Under the pieces are notes generated by a model. It saw nothing but the letters and a program-made list of their open reading frames with translations. It was not told where the DNA came from and did not search any database. Made by a program: the position numbers and the translations under genes. Positions 19,055 through 29,542 of a stretch of 64,000 nt of DNA are shown here, piece after piece; within the stretch, counting starts at the first letter, position 1, and each line of letters opens with the position of its first letter. The stretch comes from Vulcanimicrobiota bacterium (GTDB taxonomy: Bacteria > Vulcanimicrobiota > Vulcanimicrobiia > Vulcanimicrobiales > Vulcanimicrobiaceae). The stretch is taken from assembly GCA_963733295.1 (NCBI GenBank), contig CAVTCS010000003.1, forward strand, positions 2,752,001 through 2,816,000, read 5' to 3'.

Positions 19055-20032
19055 TTAGGCGCCGGGAGCCGGAACGACGTCCTTGGGAACTTCGACGGCG
19101 CTCAAGATGCGTGCGACGACCGCACTTGCATCGACGCCTTCGACCTCCGCTTCCGCCCGCACGATGAGCCGGTGCGGCAAGGTCAGCGGCGCGACCGCCT
19201 TCACGTCGTCGGGCGTCGCGAAGTCGCGCCCGTCGAGCGCGGCGGCCGCTTGTGCCGCATGCATCAACGCGAGCGCGGCGCGCGGGCTCGCACCCAGCGC
19301 CAACTCCCGCGAGTTGCGAGTTCGCGCGACGACGGCGTAGAGGTAGCGCTGCACCGCGTCCGAGACGTGGATGGCACGAACCTCGCCTTGCGCCGCGAGG
19401 ACGTCCGCCTCGGTCGCAACCTGAGTGAGGCCGGCTGCGGCAAGGTCGTGAGCGTCGAATCCGGCGACGCTGCGCGCCAACAGCGTACGCTCTTGCGTCT
19501 CGCTCGGGTATCCCGTTCGCGCGCGCACCAAGAACCGGTCGAGCTGCGCTTCGGGGAGCGGATACGTGCCCTCAAATTCGATCGGATTCTGCGTGGCGCA
19601 AACGAGGAAGAGGCCCTCGAGCGGCTCGCTGTTTCCGTCGATCGTCACTTGGCGTTCTTCCATCGCTTCGAGTAGCGCGGATTGCGTCTTCGGCGGCGTT
19701 CGATTGATTTCGTCGGCCAGCAGCAGGCTGGTGAAGATGGGCCCTTTGCGCAACGAGAATTCGGTCGTCTTCGGATTGAACACCGTCGTCCCGACGACGT
19801 CGGCCGGCATGAGATCGGGCGTGAATTGGATGCGACGGAACGGGACGCCGAGCAGGATCGCGAGCGCGCGGACGAACAGCGTCTTAGCCGTTCCCGGCAC
19901 GCCCTCGACCAGGATGTGTCCGTTCCCGAGAAGCGCGAGTGCGAAGGCAAACGCCGCTTCTTCGTTGCCGACGACGACGCGATCCAGTCCGGCTTGCAGG
20001 GCGCGAGCGAGGTTAGTAGCGCGGGCGGCCAT
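19055..20032 (-). CDS. MoxR-family AAA+ ATPase
   Basis: EGVPGTAKT, RIQFTPDLMPAD, LADEINR, ATQNPIE, YPLPEAQLDRF, GASPR. Confidence 0.95.
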   Translation of the reverse strand: MAARATNLARALQAGLDRVVVGNEEAAFAFALALLGNGHILVEGVPGTAKTLFVRALAILLGVPFRRIQFTPDLMPADVVGTTVFNPKTTEFSLRKGPIFTSLLLADEINRTPPKTQSALLEAMEERQVTIDGNSEPLEGLFLVCATQNPIEFEGTYPLPEAQLDRFLVRARTGYPSETQERTLLARSVAGFDAHDLAAAGLTQVATEADVLAAQGEVRAIHVSDAVQRYLYAVVARTRNSRELALGASPRAALALMHAAQAAAALDGRDFATPDDVKAVAPLTLPHRLIVRAEAEVEGVDASAVVARILSAVEVPKDVVPAPGA

Positions 20033-21179
20033 GCGTGGTCCATTCCTTTCGAAGACGCTGCGCCAAAGCGACGCCTCGCACGAGGTTGGTTTCGTTCGGG
20101 CTTCCGTTCGTCGAAATCCGCTCGAGTTCCAGAAAGAGCCGGCGCTGTCCGGGCTCCTCGATCGCTGCTGCAACCCGATCGGAGGCAGTGTCGTCGGGGA
20201 GACCGAGAGCCCTCGCGGCCGAACGCTTCGCCGAACCCGCCGCATCGAGAAGAGCTTTGCGCACGCTCCGGCCGCGTTCGAACAGTGCGGCCAACGCGTC
20301 GAGAAATGCCGCCGAATTGGGCTCGCCGGGTTGCGGGATGACCGGCGGTCCGAGGCGCAACGCCGCGCCGGCAAAGGCGCCTAGCAGAATGACCAGCGCG
20401 CACCAGATGGCGATCGCGAACGGTCGCGGGACGACTGCCCACCAATGCTCGGGCGTCACGAAGCCGTGAACCGACTCGTTGAACGCGATCGTCGTGCCGC
20501 GCCGCGGCTGCGCGAGCGCGTAAGCCAGCCGCCCGAAGTCGGGGCGCCCGATGTTTGCATTGGTGAAGCTCGGCTCGTCGATCGCAGCGACGACTTCGCC
20601 CTTGCCGTACCGATACGACAGAATGAGAACGCCCTTGGGGTCCGCGAGCAACACGGTGCGCTTTCCGCGCTGCCAGCGCAGCGAGCTTAGCGCCGGGTAA
20701 CTTTTGACGCCGGCTGCGGCGAGCTGCGCTGCAACGAACGGTCTGCCGTTCGCGGCGGCGCGCGTGCTATGCGGAAACTTGAGGATGCCTTGCGCCGCAG
20801 CGTTGTCGTCGTGTCCGAGATAGACGAGCCTTCCACCCTTGCGGACCCAGTCTTGGAGCGCGCTGACGTCGTTCTCGCTCGGGATCTCCGCACGATCGTC
20901 GAACGCAAGCGGATCGGCCCAGATCAACGTTTGAATCGAACGGTCGAGGAAAACGGGACGCAGCTCGAAGCGTTCGACACGAGCCCCTTCGCGTTGCAAC
21001 ATTTCGAACCAAGCACGATATCCGCCGCTCGAGCTATCGTGCGTCGAGTAGGAGTCCGGTTCGACATGATTCCGTTCCGCCGCCCGGTGCTGTTCGATAA
21101 CCAGAAACGCCAAAACTCCGAGCGCAATCGCGAGGATCGCGAGCTCGAGCCGCGGCAGACGCCGCACCCCAGCGGTCAC
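20013..21179 (-). CDS. DUF4350-domain membrane protein
   Basis: N-terminal TM, LQDWVRKGGRLV, FTNANI, C-terminal TM followed by RLGP; position in MoxR cluster. Confidence 0.75.
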   Translation of the reverse strand: MTAGVRRLPRLELAILAIALGVLAFLVIEQHRAAERNHVEPDSYSTHDSSSGGYRAWFEMLQREGARVERFELRPVFLDRSIQTLIWADPLAFDDRAEIPSENDVSALQDWVRKGGRLVYLGHDDNAAAQGILKFPHSTRAAANGRPFVAAQLAAAGVKSYPALSSLRWQRGKRTVLLADPKGVLILSYRYGKGEVVAAIDEPSFTNANIGRPDFGRLAYALAQPRRGTTIAFNESVHGFVTPEHWWAVVPRPFAIAIWCALVILLGAFAGAALRLGPPVIPQPGEPNSAAFLDALAALFERGRSVRKALLDAAGSAKRSAARALGLPDDTASDRVAAAIEEPGQRRLFLELERISTNGSPNETNLVRGVALAQRLRKEWTTHGRPRY

Positions 21180-21904
21180 GGCGCGGCCACGAAAGGCTCG
21201 AGATTTGCGAGCGCGCGTTCCGCATCGTCGAAGTCGTCACGTGCGGCGGGCACCCCCGAGTACGCCGCATGTACGAAGCCGGCCGTCAGATCGTCGAACG
21301 GGAGGCTGGCATCCGAGCGGGTGCGTCGCACCAGGCGCCGGTATTCGCCCGGGGTGCGCGCAGCGTCGAACGGCACGAGTCCGCGTTCGTCGAGCAACGT
21401 CAAGGCCGCGCCGAAGAGCGCCGCTATCGCCCGCGCGTATTCCCCTCGCGCGGCAAAGGCCAGAGCCGCCGCACGCCACTCGGCGAACGTCCGCCGCGGC
21501 GCCAGCGGCTTCCCGATGAAGTTTCGCGGCGTACGCCGTTTGGGCGCGACGAACGCGAGGCCGAGCCAAACCAGAACGAAGCCGAAAGCCAGAACCGCGG
21601 CAACCGTGAGGATCACGCCGGCGACCGTTGCGGCACCAGACACGCCCCGAACCGCGCGCGCGATCGGTCCGAAAAGATTTTTCAGCTGCTCGCGAACCCA
21701 CGACCAGAACTGATCCCAAAGGCTTTCTTGCGGCTTCTTGTCGGTCGTGACCGGCGCGCTGCGATAAGCCGGTTGGGCGAGCACGCTTCGTACGACCGCG
21801 TTCGGATCGTGCGGCCAGGGCGCGTCCGCCGCGGCCGCCGAGCCGGGAGTGAATGCGAGAAACAAACCGAGGGCGAGTCGCGCGATCCGGCGCGATCGAA
21901 TCAC
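21176..21904 (-). CDS. DUF4129-domain membrane protein
   Basis: GEYARAI, LDERG, RTPGEY, FVHAAYSG; MoxR cluster context. Confidence 0.8.
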   Translation of the reverse strand: MIRSRRIARLALGLFLAFTPGSAAAADAPWPHDPNAVVRSVLAQPAYRSAPVTTDKKPQESLWDQFWSWVREQLKNLFGPIARAVRGVSGAATVAGVILTVAAVLAFGFVLVWLGLAFVAPKRRTPRNFIGKPLAPRRTFAEWRAAALAFAARGEYARAIAALFGAALTLLDERGLVPFDAARTPGEYRRLVRRTRSDASLPFDDLTAGFVHAAYSGVPAARDDFDDAERALANLEPFVAAP

Positions 21905-22848
21905 GAAGCCGAAAGCGGCTGACCGCCGGCAGCAACCTGCAAGTCGAGACCTTCGTTACGCACCCGCAGATCGAAGTAGAAAATCGCAACGAAGGCCGTC
22001 GTAAAGGCCGCCGTAGCCACCCGTACGATCGTCTCGTAAACCGTTCCGGCAACGTTGCTCTTCAGCAGGCCGAAGAGCAACGATTGCCCTACGAGCGAGA
22101 CGAGGCTGATGCCGAGGAGAATCGCAACGAAGGCCAGACCAGCCAGCAGCGAACGGCGCAGCGCCGGGCGCGCGAAGACCCGCGAAATGCCGCGCGCGAA
22201 GGCTGTGATGAAAGGCATCCTCTCGACGACGCAGCTGAAATACGAGATCTGAACTGCGAGGGCCGCGAGCAGACCGAACGCAAACAGCGCGAGCAGGAAG
22301 AGGATGCCGAACACGACGACGATTGCGATCCCCGGGCCTCCGATCACTTTGACGATGGCCGCGAGGCCGAGCGCAACGACCAACACGACGATGAACACGA
22401 GCAGGTAAAGGGCCATGCCGCACACGACGTAGAGGACGTTGACGCCGATCATCGGCAACCAGCGCTCGAGTGCCGTACGGTAGGCCCGCTCGAAGCTTGT
22501 CGTTCCACCCAGATAGATCGTCGCTGCCGCATCGATCAAGGCGACGGTCGGAAGCGGCGAAACGAAGAGCAGCGCGAAGAACCAAAGCCCGGTCCAGACG
22601 TTCAGCACCGGCGACTGCGCGAGCGCTTTGCTCCACGCAGTCGGGTCAACGCTCTTCCCGGCGGCTTGCGCGCGGAAAATGTCGGTCAGCGCTCCGAACG
22701 CCTTTGCCTGATCGGCTGTACCAAAGTACTGCAGGAGCGCGATCGGGATCGCATAGACCACGAAGATCAACGAGAAGAGCGCAAAGTGGCGCACGCAGAG
22801 GGTGACGGCACGGTCGAGAATCTCGCCGAGGCCCAGCGGCCGTAACAC
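21901..22848 (-). CDS. Polytopic membrane protein of the MoxR cluster
   Basis: LRPLGLGEILD start and YFDLRVRNEGLDL end typical of this family; many TM helices. Confidence 0.8.
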   Translation of the reverse strand: MLRPLGLGEILDRAVTLCVRHFALFSLIFVVYAIPIALLQYFGTADQAKAFGALTDIFRAQAAGKSVDPTAWSKALAQSPVLNVWTGLWFFALLFVSPLPTVALIDAAATIYLGGTTSFERAYRTALERWLPMIGVNVLYVVCGMALYLLVFIVVLVVALGLAAIVKVIGGPGIAIVVVFGILFLLALFAFGLLAALAVQISYFSCVVERMPFITAFARGISRVFARPALRRSLLAGLAFVAILLGISLVSLVGQSLLFGLLKSNVAGTVYETIVRVATAAFTTAFVAIFYFDLRVRNEGLDLQVAAGGQPLSAS

Positions 22849-22903
22849 GTCTCCTCCTCCCCGACGACGCAGTGATGCGCCGCTCGAAGCCGAAGTTTCG
22901 GCG

Positions 22904-23551
22904 ATGCACGAAGCGCACCCGCTCGGAGTACTTGCACACCTTTGGCGCTACCCCGTGAAAAGTCTCGCCCCCGAGGCGCTCGAGAAGGTCGACGTCGGCG
23001 CTTCGGGACTCGCGGGCGACCGGCGCAGCGCGCTCTTCGTGACTTCGCCGGAGCACGCACGCCGAGGCAAGACCTTTCGTGGCAAGGAACACAACTTGCT
23101 CCATACGACGGCCGAGTCCGATTTCGCGCGGAGCCTCGCCGCCGCGCGCGGCGTCGCGATCGAGCGGCGTGACGATGGACCGCACTACGACGCCGGAACC
23201 GTTTCCGTCGTGCTCGATGTATGGATCGGCGACCTGGAACGAAGTCTCGGCCTCACGCTCGAGCCGCAACGCTTCCGGCCGAACCTCGTGGTGCGAGCGG
23301 CCCCGTCCTTCGAGTTGCGCGAGGCCGACCTCGTCGGAGCGATCCTGAGCGCGGGCGAGGTGCGCTTGCGCGTCAACGCAAAGATCGCGCGTTGCGTCAC
23401 GCCGAGCTACGATCTGGTGAGCGGCGAGTCGAACCCGGAGTTTTTGCGGACGATCGTGGCCGAACGCGACAACGTTATGGGCGTCTACTGCGACGTCGTT
23501 GCGCCGGGAACGCTCGAGTGCGGTGCGGAGATGACCTTCGAACTCGGCTGA
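22904..23551 (+). CDS. MOSC-domain protein
   Basis: LWRYPVKS, GDRR, RFRPN, RCV, GVYCDV..PG. Confidence 0.9.
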   Translation: MHEAHPLGVLAHLWRYPVKSLAPEALEKVDVGASGLAGDRRSALFVTSPEHARRGKTFRGKEHNLLHTTAESDFARSLAAARGVAIERRDDGPHYDAGTVSVVLDVWIGDLERSLGLTLEPQRFRPNLVVRAAPSFELREADLVGAILSAGEVRLRVNAKIARCVTPSYDLVSGESNPEFLRTIVAERDNVMGVYCDVVAPGTLECGAEMTFELG

Positions 23552-23556
23552 GCCGG

Positions 23557-24567
23557 TCAGAGGATCAGGTGAACGTCGCCGAACTCGTGCCAGAGCAAGC
23601 CCGCGTCGAGTGCCGCGCGGTAGGCCGCTTCGAGTCTTTCGTCAGGCAAGAGCGCCTCGAGGATGCGCAAATGGCCGGCTCGCGGTTCGTGCAGTCCGGT
23701 GAGCAACCCGTCGACGACCTGCAGGCCGCGCTCGCGCGTGACGACGAGTTCGGTCGTGCCCTGCGCCGCGACCAGCTCGCCGTCGCGAACCGCGCTTTCG
23801 AGGGCGCGCACGACGGTCGTTCCAATCGCGACGACGCGACGGCCTTCGCGCCGCGCAGCGTTGACGGCGCTCGCGGTAGCGGGTGGAATCGCATACGGCT
23901 CCGCGACCGGAGCTTCGTGGGATTCTTGGCTGGAGACGCCGGCGTGGAGCGTCAGCGTGGCCAGTTTCACTCCACGGCGCGCAAGCAGTTCGAGCACGCG
24001 CGGCGTGAAGGGCCGGCCGGCCGACGGCATCTCGGCCGAACCCGGAACGCGCGCGAAGATCGTCTGATACGACTCGAGCGGAAAGCGCCGCGTGATGTAC
24101 GGATAACGAATGGGCCGCCCCTGAGCGTGGAGATATTCGACCACCGCTTCGCTCGTTTCGATGCGCGCGAACCAGAGACGGATGGAAGCGGGACCGGCAG
24201 GGGCGATCAGCGTAGCCACGGCGCCGGCGGGCAGATCTAGGCGCTCCGGCGCCTCGAAAGCGGCGCGCGGTTCGACGATCCAAAGCGTTCCGGCGACGTG
24301 CGTCGAGAAATGCAGCACGATTTCCGAACCGCTCGCGGTCCGGGCGTCGACCGCCGCCGGCAGCGTGGCGGAATCGTTGACGACGAGCAGATCGCCCTCG
24401 CGCAGAAAGCGCGGAAGCGCGCGAAACGTCTCGACCGAATCGCCCGCATCCGCTGAAGTAACGAGAAGGCGTACGTCGTCGCGTGCGAGACCCCGCGCTT
24501 CCGCCGGCTCCCGCGCCTCGAGTTCCGGCGGGAGCACGAAAGCCGGTCCGGCCAAGCTTACGCTCAT
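23557..24567 (-). CDS. QueA-like protein (SAM:tRNA ribosyltransferase-isomerase family, divergent)
   Basis: GDLLVVND, YQTIFA, AIGTTVVRALES, HEFGDVHLI; several motifs differ from canonical QueA. Confidence 0.8.
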   Translation of the reverse strand: MSVSLAGPAFVLPPELEAREPAEARGLARDDVRLLVTSADAGDSVETFRALPRFLREGDLLVVNDSATLPAAVDARTASGSEIVLHFSTHVAGTLWIVEPRAAFEAPERLDLPAGAVATLIAPAGPASIRLWFARIETSEAVVEYLHAQGRPIRYPYITRRFPLESYQTIFARVPGSAEMPSAGRPFTPRVLELLARRGVKLATLTLHAGVSSQESHEAPVAEPYAIPPATASAVNAARREGRRVVAIGTTVVRALESAVRDGELVAAQGTTELVVTRERGLQVVDGLLTGLHEPRAGHLRILEALLPDERLEAAYRAALDAGLLWHEFGDVHLIL

Positions 24568-25295
24568 GCGCCGCCCGCGGCGGCTGTGACGCCCTGCAAT
24601 TCGACCCGCGCGAATGCGGGACGATTGGCTTCGAGCGCTGCGAGCAGGGCGGGCGCCACGGCTTCCGCGTCCGGGAGTCCGGATAGATCTTCGCCCGGCT
24701 CGGCGTCGCGGTGAAGCTCGGTATTCATATTGCCCGGATCGGCAAGCAGCACCGCAATGCCGGCGTCCTCGAGCTCCACGGCGAGCGTGCGCGACATGTG
24801 TTCGAGCGCGGCTTTGGTCGCGCCGTATCCGCCCCAGCCGGGATAAGCGTTGAGCGCCGCATCCGACGAGATGTTGACGATCGTCGAGCCGGCCGGCATC
24901 AGGGGCAATGCGTGTTGCACCAGATGCAGCGGCGCCCAAACGTTCGTCGTGACGAGCCGCTCGAAGACGACCGGTGAAAGTTGCGCCAAGGCGGGCATCG
25001 GCGAGCGGCCGATCGTCGACGCGTTGTTGATGAGGACGTCGATTCTCCCGAAGCGTTCCTTCGCAAGCGCGACGAGCGCGTGAACGTGATCGGCTTCGGC
25101 AACGTCGCCGCCGAGCGCCGCCACGTGCGTGCGCGACGCGAGTTCGACCCGAGCCGCATCGAGCGCTTCGGCCCCGCGCGCGGTTATCACGAGCGAGAAG
25201 CCGCGATTCGCCAAGAGACGCGCGATGCCGAGCCCGAGTCCTTTTGACGCGCCCGTGATGAGGGCGACACGGCCCTCCGCCGGTGAGTCATTCAT
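24564..25295 (-). CDS. Short-chain dehydrogenase/reductase
   Basis: ITGASKGLG, NNAS, YGATK, DPGNMNT. Confidence 0.92.
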   Translation of the reverse strand: MNDSPAEGRVALITGASKGLGLGIARLLANRGFSLVITARGAEALDAARVELASRTHVAALGGDVAEADHVHALVALAKERFGRIDVLINNASTIGRSPMPALAQLSPVVFERLVTTNVWAPLHLVQHALPLMPAGSTIVNISSDAALNAYPGWGGYGATKAALEHMSRTLAVELEDAGIAVLLADPGNMNTELHRDAEPGEDLSGLPDAEAVAPALLAALEANRPAFARVELQGVTAAAGGA

Positions 25296-25382
25296 GCGAC
25301 GAGCCTACGCGAAAACGAAGTGGAACGCACCGTCGGCGCCGACCGTTGCGCACCTGGCCGAAAAGCCAGCGTTGCGCCGCTG

Positions 25383-25916
25383 TTATCCGGCGGGCGTTCG
25401 CGCCCCAAAGGCCTCACTGGCGGGAACGATTTGCGCCACGAAGCCGCTCGCCACCCGGTGAACGAGAGCGCGAATCTGCTCCTCGCTCATCCCGTCCGCC
25501 GCATAGGTCGCGTGCCCGTCCCCGACGAGAGTCACGCGATAGCCGCGTCGCTCGGCCTCCCGGATCGTCGCATCGACGCAAAATTCCGTCTGCATTCCGC
25601 ACACGATCACGTGATCTGCGCCGGCGGCGGCAAGGACCTCCGCCAAGTTCGTCTCGCGAAATGCGTCGCTAAAGCGCTTGTCGACGACCGGTTCGCCCGG
25701 CCGCGGCGCTATTTCGCTCGCGATCTCCCAGCCGGGCGTCCCGGCGCTGAGCTCGTCGGGGCCGCCGTCGTGGCGGACGTACACGACCGCGGTGCGAGCC
25801 TCTCGCGCACGTTCGAGAAGGAAGCGGAGCGTTTCGAGAAACGCGGCGCGCCGCTCGGGCGGAAGCTCGTCGACGACCGCGCGCTGGACGTCGATTACCA
25901 TCAGGGCGGATGCCAT
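25383..25916 (-). CDS. Isochorismatase-family cysteine hydrolase
   Basis: ALMVIDVQ, DKRFSDAF, GMQTEFCVDAT. Confidence 0.9.
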   Translation of the reverse strand: MASALMVIDVQRAVVDELPPERRAAFLETLRFLLERAREARTAVVYVRHDGGPDELSAGTPGWEIASEIAPRPGEPVVDKRFSDAFRETNLAEVLAAAGADHVIVCGMQTEFCVDATIREAERRGYRVTLVGDGHATYAADGMSEEQIRALVHRVASGFVAQIVPASEAFGARTPAG

Positions 25917-25948
25917 CAATCGATCCTCAGAGACCTTTCCACTTCGCG

Positions 25949-27382
25949 TCACCGGCAGGTGGCTCGCCGGTCTCCGCTCTCGCTTGCCGCTTCGGGCACG
26001 GTCTCGGTCACCACCTCGGGCACGGCCTCGGTTGGCGCTTCGGCCACGGTCCCGGTCACCGCCTCGGGCACGGCCTGGGTTGCCGCCTCAGGCACCGTCT
26101 CGGTTGGCACCGTCTCGTGCACCGTCTCGGTTGCCGGCTCGTGCACGGTCTCGGTTGGCACCGTCTCGTGCACCGTCTCGGGCACGGTCTCGGTTGCCGC
26201 TTCGGGCAACGTCTCGGTTGCCGCCGTCTCGTGCACCGTCTCGGTTGCCGGCTCGGGCACTGTCTTTGCCGCCTCGGGCACCGTTTCGTGCACGATCTCG
26301 GTTGGCGCCGTCTCGTGCACCGTCTCGGTTGCCGCCTGAGGCATCGTTTCGTGCACGATCTCGGTTGCCGCCGTCTCGGTTGCCGCCTCGGGCACCGTCT
26401 CGTGCACGATCTCGGTTGCCACTTCGGGCACCGTCTCGGTCACGGTCTCGGTTGCAGCCTCGGGCACCGTCTCGGTCACGGTCTGGGTTGCCGCCTCGGG
26501 CACGGTCTCGGTCACGGCCTCGGGCACCGTCTCGGTCACGGTCTCGGTTGCAGCCTCGGGCACGGTTTGGGTTACCGCCTCGGCTTGCTTGATCGTGTCC
26601 ATGACGGGCCGTGGCCGGCTCGGCGCGCGTTCGATCGGAATCACCTGATCGACCCCGAGCAATTTGAGAGCGCGCGACGCCGCGCCGCCCTCGGGCGCGA
26701 CGATCGAAAAATGCGAGTCGCTGAAACGCCGGTACGAGTCTACGATTCCCTCCACGCCGGCCAAGTCGAGCGACGTCACCTCCGTTAAATCGAGCACGAG
26801 CTTGACGGGACCGGCGCTGCAGGCCTTTTCGATGTGCTGCGCAAGGGCGGCGACGGTCTGCCCGTCGAGCGCGCCTTTCCCGTAAATGACGGCCGTCCGC
26901 CAATACGCCGCGTTATCGCCGTCCCGTACGAGCGGAACGTCCGATGGAGGATCGGACGCCTCGACGCTCCGCGACACGTCTGCGGCGCTCGCAGCGCGAG
27001 CGCCGCTCCTCCGCGTGACGCGCAAGCTGGCGCGCACCAGTGGCTTGCTCGTGACCGTCGCGGATCCGTCCCCCGGCGCAGATAGCGACGCGACCGATTC
27101 GTCGGCCTTGTGCAAGAATCGCAGAAAGCCGAACGAAGCCGTCGCAGCGACCGCGAAGCACGTGCCGAACGCCGTATAGAGCAAGTTGTAAACCGAATAG
27201 CGCGGCACGAAGAAGTACCCAACGACGCTGGCGACTGTCAGGGCGAAAAAGTAAGCTCCGCTCAGGCCGAACAGGACCTTCCAAAAAATGCTGTCGGCGG
27301 AGAAATCTTTCCGCGCGACGGCCAACAGCGAACCTGCCAGCAGAAGTCCGACCGCGAAAGCAACGAGGATCGGCGGCGGCAT
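25949..27382 (-). CDS. Membrane protein with STAS domain and acidic tetrapeptide-repeat tail
   Basis: Three N-terminal TM segments; STAS-like GALD...LVLDLTEVTSLDLAG...RALKLLGVD; repeat tail. Confidence 0.75.
   Translation of the reverse strand: MPPPILVAFAVGLLLAGSLLAVARKDFSADSIFWKVLFGLSGAYFFALTVASVVGYFFVPRYSVYNLLYTAFGTCFAVAATASFGFLRFLHKADESVASLSAPGDGSATVTSKPLVRASLRVTRRSGARAASAADVSRSVEASDPPSDVPLVRDGDNAAYWRTAVIYGKGALDGQTVAALAQHIEKACSAGPVKLVLDLTEVTSLDLAGVEGIVDSYRRFSDSHFSIVAPEGGAASRALKLLGVDQVIPIERAPSRPRPVMDTIKQAEAVTQTVPEAATETVTETVPEAVTETVPEAATQTVTETVPEAATETVTETVPEVATEIVHETVPEAATETAATEIVHETMPQAATETVHETAPTEIVHETVPEAAKTVPEPATETVHETAATETLPEAATETVPETVHETVPTETVHEPATETVHETVPTETVPEAATQAVPEAVTGTVAEAPTEAVPEVVTETVPEAASESGDRRATCR
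25985..26590 (-). repeat. Degenerate 12-nt coding tandem repeat, roughly 50 units of [V/A][P/T/H]E[T/A]
   Basis: Recurring plus-strand words CACCGTCTCGGT, CCGCCTCGGGCA, CACGGTCTCGGT; in-frame VPEA/ATET/VHET. Confidence 0.9.
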
Positions 27383-27390
27383 GTCGTTGG

Positions 27391-28575
<1,185 letters not shown>

Positions 28576-28606
28576 GGTTCTCCTCTAACGCCTGAACCGG
28601 ACGATC

Positions 28607-29473
28607 TCATGAAAAGCCTTTTGCGAATTGGCGAGCGAGCGCATCGCGTGCCGCGCGCTCGCGCTGCACGTACGCCGTAAGATCTTCGGTCAAGCCCGCC
28701 GTCCACTCGGAAACCTCGACCATCTGCGCTTGGAGCCGGACGCCTCGCACGTAGCGCTCGACGATCGTGATCACCCCGAGGCGGTCGCGCACGAGCAGAT
28801 AGCGCAAGGCGTCTTCGACCCGGGGAACGTCGATCGCCACCGACTCGACCGGACCTTTCCCGAACAACCCGGCGCGCTTGACCGAGACGACTGCCGGAAA
28901 GGCCGTTGTCAGGCGCGCCCCCGCGACTTCGAGGAGCGCTTCGGATTCGGGGCCGGCGTCGCTGACCATATGGCTGAGGATCTGCCGGACCATCAACGCG
29001 AGAGGCGGGGAAGACGGCTCGGCCGGCGCTTCGGGGAGCGAATCGATCGGCCCGAACCGCTCGGAGAGAAAAGAGCCATTCGCCGCAAGCGCCATCTCGG
29101 AACGCTCGGCGAGCGCTGCGAGCCGCTGGGCGGTCGCGCGTTCGAGCAGCGCCAGTTGATCGACGAGCATCGAGCGCGCCGCCGCATCGCGGCGCGCCGG
29201 CGGAATGTCGAGGTACGCCTTCACGGTCTCGGGCAGATAGCGCCGCTCGGTTTCGCGAATCGCATACGACGGCTCATCCGAGCCGTCGCCGAGCAGCGGC
29301 TCGGCCTGGCTCAGCAGCGCCTCAATGCGCTTGACCGACGCCTCTGCTTCTGCGGGCAGCGTGTTCACGTCCAGTGATTTTTGCACCCCTTCTCGGACGA
29401 TACCCTCCTGCGCACCGGCGTCGCGGCCGGTCGCCGTAAGGTTCGTCACTTTCGCCCGCGCTACGGCGAGCAC
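28607..29473 (-). CDS. Hypothetical protein, XpaC-like TelA partner
   Basis: RYLPETVKAYL..P...LVDQL motif and ANGSFL.ERF; directly upstream of telA; start uncertain. Confidence 0.6.
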   Translation of the reverse strand: MLAVARAKVTNLTATGRDAGAQEGIVREGVQKSLDVNTLPAEAEASVKRIEALLSQAEPLLGDGSDEPSYAIRETERRYLPETVKAYLDIPPARRDAAARSMLVDQLALLERATAQRLAALAERSEMALAANGSFLSERFGPIDSLPEAPAEPSSPPLALMVRQILSHMVSDAGPESEALLEVAGARLTTAFPAVVSVKRAGLFGKGPVESVAIDVPRVEDALRYLLVRDRLGVITIVERYVRGVRLQAQMVEVSEWTAGLTEDLTAYVQRERAARDALARQFAKGFS

Positions 29474-29542
29474 TACCGGACGAAGAGCGCTTGGTTTCGC
29501 TCGCTTACGCGGCTTGCCGCTCGTCAGCTCGCAGCGCCCGCG

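Noticed and set aside
25985..26590. Possible CRISPR array
   Set aside because: Units are contiguous, degenerate and in frame, with no unique spacers and no cas genes
25910..26788. Plus-strand Cys/His/Gly-rich ORF (LGCRLGHG repeats) resembling a metallothionein
   Set aside because: Antisense shadow of the 12-nt coding repeat; the minus-strand frame is continuous with TM and STAS domains
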